Source: a virus
Lineage: Duplodnaviria > Heunggongvirae > Uroviricota > Caudoviricetes
Reading direction: 5' to 3' (one strand)
Length of the DNA stretch: 64,000 bases
IMG/VR virus record: IMGVR_UViG_3300037067_009442
Span: 29,721 to 93,720 of that record
The notes under the pieces are model-generated. The model did no database searches and was not told the origin of the DNA. It worked only from the letters and a program-made list of their open reading frames with translations. The stretch's first letter is position 1; the number at the start of each line of letters is the position of its first letter. Positions 53,855-60,581 of this stretch are shown here, one piece after another. The translations under genes were made by a program, and so were the position numbers.

Positions 53855-54547
53855 ATGGATCACAACCTAAGGTATGATGCTGACCAAGCCCAACAGGACT
53901 ACAGCGACTGCGTCAAGGGCTACCTCTATCAACTAGATAGGGTGCTAGGTCACATCAAAGAGTCAGTTAGCGCTGGGATCTACCCAGTGCCCTTGAGAAT
54001 GGGCTACGCTCTTCACCCAAATACCCTAGCAGCCCTAACGGATAAGGGATTTGTAGTCGAGCTTGATAGCCATGAAAACTACCTAATCAGCTGGGTAAAT
54101 CACCTTGAGTTGGAGTCGTCAACCAAGGTGGTAGATGCCTCCGGATTTACTCGATGGATCAACACCTCAGGGAAGCTACATCGAGTAGACGGCCCCGCCT
54201 TCGAGGCTGACCTTGGTTACAAGGAGTGGAGGGTAGATGGAAAGCTACATCGAGTAGACGGTCCGGCTCGGGACTACGGGAATGGTACCACAGAGTGGTA
54301 CCTAGAAGACCAACTACATCGAGTAGACGGTCCGGCTATCACCTATACCAATGGGTCTACAGAGTGGTTCCTCAATGGGGAACGCCATCGAGTAGGAGGC
54401 CCTGCCCGCGAGAGTACCGATGGGTCTACAGAGTGGTTCCTCAATGGGGAACGCCATCGAGTAGGAGGCCCTGCCCTTGAATGGCCTAACGGTCATAAGC
54501 AGTGGTGGGAGAACGGAACCTTCCTAAGGAGCATCGGCCCCCTATGA
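53855..54547 (+). CDS. Protein with LHRVDGPA (MORN-variant-like) 23-aa repeats
   Basis: Five xHRVxGPA units (69-bp repeats, about 54170-54520); ATG 53855 follows TGGTGTA. Confidence 0.8.
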   Translation: MDHNLRYDADQAQQDYSDCVKGYLYQLDRVLGHIKESVSAGIYPVPLRMGYALHPNTLAALTDKGFVVELDSHENYLISWVNHLELESSTKVVDASGFTRWINTSGKLHRVDGPAFEADLGYKEWRVDGKLHRVDGPARDYGNGTTEWYLEDQLHRVDGPAITYTNGSTEWFLNGERHRVGGPARESTDGSTEWFLNGERHRVGGPALEWPNGHKQWWENGTFLRSIGPL

Positions 54548-54844
54548 GTATTGCATCAAAGCAGAATGCTTGGTAGGTACTAAGTAGCATGAAACTCCGA
54601 CAGCATAGAGGCGGATACGCAGAGTCAATGTCCACGGTTATTGACATTGAACCCACACGGGCAGCCTTACTTCAAGCTATCCTCGATTCGGGTATGATCG
54701 GGCTTCCAAGTCCACTGACCGAGGACCATATCGGGATCACCTTCGCAAGCATCGAACCACGAAGCGGGTGGCATACTCACATCGTGACCGTCAAGGATTG
54801 GGGTGTCTACGGGTACACTGATGGCCCCCTGACCACCTAAAGAA

Positions 54845-55186
54845 TTAGGCCCTTATCTTATACTTTCGCCACAAATCCTCTTCACGTTGAATGATCTCAT
54901 CGGCTTCCTCCTCTGAGAGGAAGCATTGTTCTTTGAAGGCTTTCCAATTGGACTCACCACATTTGAGAGCAGCGGCTTGGAACTCTTCGTCTGTATACTC
55001 AGAGAACCTTTTAGGGTTCTTTCTTGACCGATTAGCCTGAGTAGAGAAGCTCACGGTAGTTCGTACAGCAAGATCTCTGAGCTCTCGGGCTATCAAGCTC
55101 CTTGAAGGGTTCTTCGTGTTCGCCACGTAACCCATAAGCTTCTGAAGCTCTGCTTGAATGTCTTCTGCTGTAGAGATTCTGTCCAT
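54845..55186 (-). CDS. Chimeric small protein (30304-family N-domain plus 49950-family C-domain)
   Basis: C-terminal KRFSEYTDEEFQAAALKCGESNWKAFKEQCFLSEE is nearly identical to 49950-50132. Confidence 0.75.
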   Translation of the reverse strand: MDRISTAEDIQAELQKLMGYVANTKNPSRSLIARELRDLAVRTTVSFSTQANRSRKNPKRFSEYTDEEFQAAALKCGESNWKAFKEQCFLSEEEADEIIQREEDLWRKYKIRA

Positions 55187-55218
55187 GGTAGCCTAGTGTT
55201 CTATAAGAGCATTAGGCT

Positions 55219-55257
55219 AAAAGAGAAGACCTGATTCCGAGGGGGATCAGGTCTTCT
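55219..55257 (-). terminator. Intrinsic terminator
   Basis: AGAAGACCTGAT/ATCAGGTCTTCT stem followed by CTTTT on the minus strand. Confidence 0.7.
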
Positions 55258-55376
55258 GGACGACATCTTCAACGCATCCGAGGTTGTCGTAACTAACTCG
55301 GTCACCAAGCTCTATCAAGCTTGCTAGGGTTGAAGGCCCTACTGTCTTCAACAACAGTCGTCGTGCTGGACTAGAA
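55219..55376 (-). ncRNA. Candidate small structured RNA with its own promoter and terminator
   Basis: TTGCAA-N17-CATGCT at 55410-55382, several hairpins, 12-bp terminator stem plus U tract, no ORF. Confidence 0.5.
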
Positions 55377-55769
55377 AGGCAAGCATGAACCCTAGAGCTG
55401 AGGATTGCAAGACTTACTCATCATTCTGGTTCATCGCCGGAGGCCTCCACTTGAGCTTCAGAGCCTTCTTCATCCATGGTTGGGTGTCTGCCTTGAGGAG
55501 CTCGTCCCCCACCCTCTCAATAGCCCTACAGGCTGAGAGAGCCTTCTTGTAGAAACGAGTCTTCTTCCTCACCGAGGGGGTCATGTTGATCGAACTGAAG
55601 ACCAGGTACCCTTGATAACCCTGCTCGAACTTGTCGACCGAAAGGTCCAGAGATTGGGGCCAAGTCAGGCACTCAACCTCGCAGTGGATCGGATGGTGAA
55701 CCAACCCCGGAGGGTTCCATTTGTACTTCGTCCCCTTAGGGGGCGTGTACTCTATGTGGCAATTGCCGC

Positions 55770-56294
55770 TCATGAGGGGTTCTCCTTGAAGGTTGGCACC
55801 GGGATCTCCTTCGAAGAGGCTTCAATACCGTCCCCAAACTCCGGGTTGGCCACGTACTGAGACAGTTCTCGAATGTTCGATTCCAGTAGTGCTCGGTCAA
55901 ACACCTCAGTACCATCACAATGGAGCAGCACGTCAGTGACCAAGCAGATGAAGTGCTCCGCCGCTATAGGAGTGATCTCTGAGTGGTCCAGCAGCGTCCT
56001 GATGGGCTTCACCATCGACTTGAAGAGCTTGGCTCGATTCTCGGCCGTATCCAAGTAGCTCTTCATCAGTTGCCGACTCAATCGGATCCTCGAGGGGAGT
56101 AGACCCGTCAGATCTTCAACTGTCGGAGGACCGTCGGCTCTCCGATCCGCTTCCTGCTGAACTATCTCGCTCAGTCCATCCAGGAAAGGCTTGGTGAGCG
56201 GGTGATGCCCATTCTCATCCAAGGCCTCTTGAGTCTCTTTTTGAAGAGCAAGTACGTCTGAGACTGACTTCGTGAGAGAGTTTGATTCCGGCAT
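55770..56294 (-). CDS. Hypothetical protein; a degraded paralog lies at 63532-64000
   Basis: Preceded by CGGTGTA; C-terminus DRALLESNIRELSQYVANPEF...KEIPVPTF. Confidence 0.75.
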   Translation of the reverse strand: MPESNSLTKSVSDVLALQKETQEALDENGHHPLTKPFLDGLSEIVQQEADRRADGPPTVEDLTGLLPSRIRLSRQLMKSYLDTAENRAKLFKSMVKPIRTLLDHSEITPIAAEHFICLVTDVLLHCDGTEVFDRALLESNIRELSQYVANPEFGDGIEASSKEIPVPTFKENPS

Positions 56295-56328
56295 GAGTTC
56301 ACTTACACCGTCGGTTGGAAGCCATTGT

Positions 56329-57849
56329 CCCTGGATGATGAAGCCTACCAGATGGCTTTGCTACAAGAAACTAAGGGCAAAAGACGGCGAGCTCTGGATG
56401 ATGAAGCCTACCAGATGGCTTTGCTACTCGACACCATCATTGTCGCTTCATGGACGTCTCTGGATGATGAAGCCTACCAGATGGCTTTGCTACTCGTCCG
56501 AGGTATAACAGTCCACTAGGACTAGACCCTTCTCTGGATCACGAAGCCTTCCAGAAGGCTTTGCTACAAAAGTTGACCTTGCAATCTACACTGTTCCTGC
56601 ACACTCTGGGATACGAAGCCTTCCAGAAGGCCTTGCTACTATCCGTCGACAAATTAACTCAAATCAAGGCATTTGCCCTCTGGATGACGAAGCCTACCAG
56701 ATGGCTTTGCTACATGGTCACTGAACGTCGAAGGGTTGTTGTGACGCACTCTGGGATACGAAGCCTACCAGATGGCTTTACTACTTGGACTATCTTGGTC
56801 TCCAGATCGAGCCTTAGCCCTCTGGGATACGAAGCCTACCAGATGGCTTTGCTACGAAAGATACCCCATGACCAATACATTGACCGACAGCTCTGGATCA
56901 CGAAGCCTACCAGATGGCTTTGCTACCGACCTAATCAAGCGCTTCGATAACCTGCTCCCTCTGGATGATGAAGCCTACCAGATGGCTTTGCTACGTCGTC
57001 GTGTCGCCCGACACGAGAGCCCTGTACATCTCTGGAATACGAAGCCTACCAGATGGCTTTGCTACGCCAGGAGGTCCGTAGTCGTCGAGTTAGATTTTGC
57101 CTCTGGAATACGAAGCCTACCAGACGGCTTTGCTACCCGGCCCCGTCAACACGGTAGTGAGCGGCGACAGTCTCTGGAATACGAAGCCTACCAGACGGCT
57201 TTGCTACCTCGAGGCTGGAGCTTAACGGAGTCGATGATTCCCCTCTGGGATACGAAGCCTACCAGATGGCTTTGCTACACGAACAATCAAACCGAAGTAG
57301 TCGTCTCTCTGGAATACAAAGCCTACCAGATGGCCTTGATACTCGACGCCATCATTGTCGCTTCATGGACGTCTCTGGAATACGAAGCCTACCAGATGGC
57401 TTTGCTACCGCGAGGTCGAGCCTAACGTTCGCTCAGGTTGTCCCACTCTGGAATACGAAGCCTACCAGATGGCTTTGCTACGGGGGGGAACCCCGAGAAA
57501 ACAAGGAGAAGAAGCAATCTCTGGATCACGAAGCCTACCAGATGGCTTTGCTACTGCACCTCCAAGCCCACCTGGACCAACCCGATTCGAGCGCTCTGGA
57601 ATACGAAGCCTACCAGACGGCTTTGCTACCGCTCCAACCACGCAGGGATGGGCTGGGCTCCCGATCTCTCTGGATCACGAAGCCTACCAGATGGCTTTGC
57701 TACGTTGTGGGTGGTGAGCAAGAGGGTACCGCCGAGGAGTGCTCTGGATCACGAAGCCTACCAGATGGCTTTGCTACGGACTATGGAATCCACGAGCGAT
57801 GGATCGGCGTCCACTCTGGATGACGAAGCCTACCAGATGGCTTTGCTAC
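56329..57849 (-). CRISPR. CRISPR array, 22 repeats of 36 nt and 21 spacers of 27-39 nt
   Basis: Plus-strand repeat CTCTGG(ATGATG/ATCACG/AATACG/GATACG/ATGACG)AAGCCTACCAGATGGCTTTGCTAC with an AAGCC/GGCTT hairpin. Minus orientation is inferred from the adjacent cas gene and the GT-start of the reverse complement (GTAGCAAAGCC...CCAGAG). Confidence 0.97.
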
Positions 57850-57869
57850 TTGGACTGTCAAACATCAGT

Positions 57870-57941
57870 GAGTGCCCTTACTTGAAGGGCACTCTGCGAG
57901 AGGTGGACTACTCCTATCAGATCGCATAGGAGTAGTCCACC
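57870..57941. other. Two perfect hairpins between cas12m and the array (10-bp and 16-bp stems)
   Basis: GAGTGCCCTT-acttg-AAGGGCACTC (57870-57894) and GGTGGACTACTCCTAT-cagatcgc-ATAGGAGTAGTCCACC (57902-57941). Confidence 0.85.
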
Positions 57942-57948
57942 GGTCAAC

Positions 57949-59919
57949 TCACGAAGCTTGCATTAACTCAAGAGGTTCGTGAGTGCGAGCGGGTACCGGG
58001 TTTGAGGCTCCACTGGACCGCTCGAACTCCTGAAGGAGGTTCATGCAGTTGTTCCAGTCCTGATCAACTTCCTTCCCCGTAGTAGGACACAAGTGAACAT
58101 AATCTCCCTTGGTATCCCACCCATGGTCTTGCCCACAGTGGTTGCAGGTGATGGTCTTCTTCGCAGCAGGTAGAACTTCAATGCGGTGCTTGCCAACCTT
58201 CTCGATGATGACAGACCGTAACTCGCCCGGAGAAGCCTCCTTCGAAGCTCTCAACTCCTCTGAACTGAAACCCTCCTCACCAACATCAGGTCGACGTGTC
58301 AATTGAGCAAGACTCATGTCATCAATGATGACCACATTGTACCGGGCAGAGATAGACTTGGCGACACTACGGTACAGGTCCTTCCGCTGGTTCTGACACT
58401 TGTCCCGTAGGTTGCTGAGGTACTCTGTAAGGTGCTTGTCCTTCTTCCGCCAAATCTCGAGGTACCAAGCTAGCTTAGTGATGTAGTTGGCTCCTGGAGT
58501 AAACGAAGTGATCACCTCATAGGACGGAAGAGGACCATGAGTTGAAGTAGCCTTTCGATAGGACTGCCACAGGGACTCCGCCACCCCCCGACCAATGACC
58601 TCATCACGAAGCCGTAAGGCAATCATCGCCAACCGAGTATGACTCCGCCATTGGGCAATCGTGGTGGTCATCTCTTGGAGCCACTCAGGGACCTCCTGGG
58701 ACTCTTTCAGGAACCGAACAAGCTCTCCACGAGCTAGGTCGAAGTGCTCGTCACAGAACCCCTGTAGCCTCCCCACGAGGGCGAAGGCCCCTTTGATCTT
58801 CTGAGGTAGATGGACGATCTCCTCATGCCCCTTGGTATCGACCAAGTAGGCTACCCGAACGTCCCCCGAAGGAAGAGAACGCCATCCGAAGTTGATTGCA
58901 CACCTGCCCGTAGTAGGGAGCATCGGACTTCCCTGACTCGGATCCTTTGACATCCTTAGCAAGTCCCGCTTGCTCGGTTGAAGGACATCAAACTCAGGAG
59001 AGTCAATGCAAATCTTCAACTCGTACTCTGCCTTCAACCCCAGCTTGGTGACCTTGAGGTACACCTCCCGGATAGATCCAACCGAAGGTAGAGGACGGTC
59101 AAGCTTGATTGGAAGGTCAAGCCAGATAGGCTGACGACCCTCAGTCCCAATCCGAAGGTGAGCTACCGTGTAGGCATGCTCCCATCCACTGCGAGTATTC
59201 CAAGTGTTGTCGGGTAAGGGATCGATCTTGAAGTGAGTGTCCCCAAGGTAGACCTTCGAAAGGTCAAGCCCCCCTTGAATCTGACCCCCAAGGCACCCCT
59301 CACCCTTGAACTTCTTGAACCGAGGATCCAACTTGGCGGTCTTGCTTGCCTGCTGAACCGCTCGCTCAATCCGCAAGTAGGTCGTCCAATAGACCCCACT
59401 TGAGGCCCGAGCTGCCTTGCAACGCTCAAGGTCAACCGCATCAAGCTGGATGCAGGCAAGAGAGAAGTCCCGCTGAACCGACTGCGGAAGAACCTCAAGC
59501 TCCTCTTGAGTAAGTGGTCGCTGTGCCGGTGGATCAGACTTCGAATCCTCCCGAGGACAGGACATCGGCTTGGCTATCGTCCGCTCAGCCTTAACCGAAG
59601 CATTCACCACCTTACGCTCAGCCTTGAGAACCTTGAGCTGAGCTACTAAGGGATCGTTCTTCACCTTGGTCCGAGCTTTCGCATTCTCCTTCTTCTTCTG
59701 ATCCTCAAGCTCATCAATCTGGGCATTGAGCTCAGCTTGTCGAACCTCAAGGGCCGCCAAGGTAGGGAAGGTCTGGGTTCGTAGGGTTCGATACTCCCCC
59801 CGTCGCTGGTTCTCCAACTCAATGAGTCGGTTGTAGTAGGCGTGAGCCAGCCTCAGTTGACCAAAGGCATGCTCAGGGAGAGTACTCAGGTGTACATGAT
59901 AACTGTATATCTTGGGCAT
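57949..59919 (-). CDS. cas12m: Type V-M (V-U1) Cas12m-like CRISPR effector with non-canonical, probably DNase-inactive RuvC
   Basis: 656 aa next to a CRISPR array. Motifs I recall from Cas12m: QLRLAH, long coiled coil, GVYWTTY, RFKKFKGEG, LRIGTEGRQPIWLDLPI, AINFGWRS (RuvC-I, D to N), QWRS, RKDLYR, VIIDDMSL (RuvC-II, E to D), ASPGELR, CNHC zinc ribbon, DQD (RuvC-III). Confidence 0.85.
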   Translation of the reverse strand: MPKIYSYHVHLSTLPEHAFGQLRLAHAYYNRLIELENQRRGEYRTLRTQTFPTLAALEVRQAELNAQIDELEDQKKKENAKARTKVKNDPLVAQLKVLKAERKVVNASVKAERTIAKPMSCPREDSKSDPPAQRPLTQEELEVLPQSVQRDFSLACIQLDAVDLERCKAARASSGVYWTTYLRIERAVQQASKTAKLDPRFKKFKGEGCLGGQIQGGLDLSKVYLGDTHFKIDPLPDNTWNTRSGWEHAYTVAHLRIGTEGRQPIWLDLPIKLDRPLPSVGSIREVYLKVTKLGLKAEYELKICIDSPEFDVLQPSKRDLLRMSKDPSQGSPMLPTTGRCAINFGWRSLPSGDVRVAYLVDTKGHEEIVHLPQKIKGAFALVGRLQGFCDEHFDLARGELVRFLKESQEVPEWLQEMTTTIAQWRSHTRLAMIALRLRDEVIGRGVAESLWQSYRKATSTHGPLPSYEVITSFTPGANYITKLAWYLEIWRKKDKHLTEYLSNLRDKCQNQRKDLYRSVAKSISARYNVVIIDDMSLAQLTRRPDVGEEGFSSEELRASKEASPGELRSVIIEKVGKHRIEVLPAAKKTITCNHCGQDHGWDTKGDYVHLCPTTGKEVDQDWNNCMNLLQEFERSSGASNPVPARTHEPLELMQAS

Positions 59920-59951
59920 CTACATCTTCCACTGGGGCTGTTAGATACCCT

Positions 59952-59980
59952 ATCCTACGTATGACGACTCCAGATCTCAA
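59952..59980 (-). promoter_or_regulatory. Class-1 promoter driving cas12m (with a short 5' leader)
   Basis: TTGAGA (59980-59975)-N17-TAGGAT (59957-59952); ATG at 59919 preceded by GGAAG. Confidence 0.8.
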
Positions 59981-60581
59981 CCAATTATCTCCCAAATCGA
60001 CTAGCGGGATTCGAGCATGGATCCACCTACACCGAGCTGTTATTTCGAACCCACCGGTCTATCGATGAGCCGTCGTCCCCTGAGTTGATGGCCAACATCA
60101 ACCAGAAGATCGCTATCTGGATGTCAAGGTCCAAGGTCTGAGTTATGTCACCAAGAGGTGCCCCTCGGTTCTGAGGTGCCCAAATGTCCAATGCCACCCG
60201 AAGAAGAGTCACCTCCCCCGAGGATAGACCCGCTAGATCACCAAAGGCCTCTTCAGTGGGCCGCAAGTCACCCCAAAAACGATCCAAAGACAGCTTGCGA
60301 AGCAGGACGCGAATAGCCTCTGCCTTGTGAGCATCATCCCGGAACATGGACCTCCTCCAAACTAAAACCCCGAGCCCCTCACCATTGAGAGACTCGAGGT
60401 TCCGAACGCGGCAAAGAGTTCGTAGTGACTTAGTACCCTGAAAAGCATGGTACTGTCCAGATTAATCGACCAAGTAGGGCACTGGACCGAGATAGACACC
60501 ATTGGGGAGTAAAGTATGTACCTATCTCTACCTAGTAATTAAAGTAGTTGATACCGGGCGGGTTCAATAGTAGTAAGGGGT

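Noticed and set aside
56272-57929. ORFs with repeating TKPTRWLCY / EAYQMALL / RSLPDGFAT peptides
   Set aside because: They are translations of the CRISPR repeats in three frames, not genes.
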